Part shown: piece by piece, positions 63,410 through 64,000 of the stretch
Layout of the letters: each line of letters begins with the position of its first letter
How positions within the stretch are numbered: position 1 is the stretch's first letter
Assembly (NCBI RefSeq): GCF_006345805.1
Contig: NC_043022.1
Coordinates: 868,001-932,000 of the forward strand
Length of the DNA stretch: 64,000 nucleotides
Direction: 5' to 3'
From: Octopus sinensis
Taxonomy: Eukaryota
Translations under genes and position numbers: made by a program
The notes under the pieces: model-generated
Told to the model about the DNA's origin: nothing
Databases searched by the model: none
Seen by the model: the letters and a program-made list of their open reading frames with translations, nothing else

Positions 63410-64000
63410 TTAAATAATAATAAAGATGATGATGATTTTGGTGGTGCTGAAGAAGAAGATAAAACAAGTAAACTATTTGGGTCAGATGTGGCTTGTTTAA
63501 ATGCTAAAAGGTTAAAGGAGGAAGAAATTATTAATGAGTTGCTGGAAGTTGTCCAATGTGTGATGGAATCTGGTGCCAAACGCCACAACAAGTAAGCTTA
63601 ATGCAATAATATCCGGCTGATTAGCTGTTAGCCACCAGTAACACTTGCTGTTTATCATTGTACTGACTGACATTATAGATATGGTTGTTAGTGAAGGAGC
63701 ATGGCTTCGTGCTTAAGGTATTCAGCTCATGATTGGAAGGGCATGAGTTCAATTCTCAGCAGGGTATTGTGTCCTTGAGCAAGACACTTTATTTTACACA
63801 GCTCCAGTCTACTCAGCTGGCAAAAATGAATTGTACCTGTAATTCAAAAGGGCCGGCCTTTTCACCTTCTGTGTCATGCTGATCCTCCTTGAACTACGTT
63901 AAGGGTACATGTGTCTGTGGAGTACTCAGCCACTTGCACATTAATTTCATGAGCAGGCTGTTCCATTGATCGGAACGCCAGTTAGATATGGTTGTTTGTT

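Overview
AT-rich, repeat-dense metazoan DNA, most likely an octopus (coleoid cephalopod). This is inferred from its tRNA-derived SINE families, its microsatellite load and a mollusc-type 5S sequence. Nearly all ORFs in the supplied track are artefacts of microsatellites or repeats. Two real spliced genes are missed or only partly caught by the track. The first is a complete three-exon minus-strand gene for mitochondrial ribosomal protein mL63/MRP63 (55685-55618, 46576-46465, 36740-36597; 107 aa). The second is the first two exons of a plus-strand gene for mL44/MRPL44 (55919-56003, 61911-62052). Their start codons sit head-to-head with only 233 bp between them, inside a CpG-retaining domain. 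The rest is mobile DNA: head-to-tail SINE arrays; LINE remnants (CR1-like, RTE, R4/Dong, Tx1-like, Penelope); an internally deleted piggyBac with related TTAA MITEs; mariner MITEs; Helitron-like elements; a 600-bp foldback element carrying TTAGGG repeats; a 5S pseudogene; and several hammerhead-ribozyme-like motifs, mostly inside inverted repeats. All family names come from motif recognition by eye; no searches were run.
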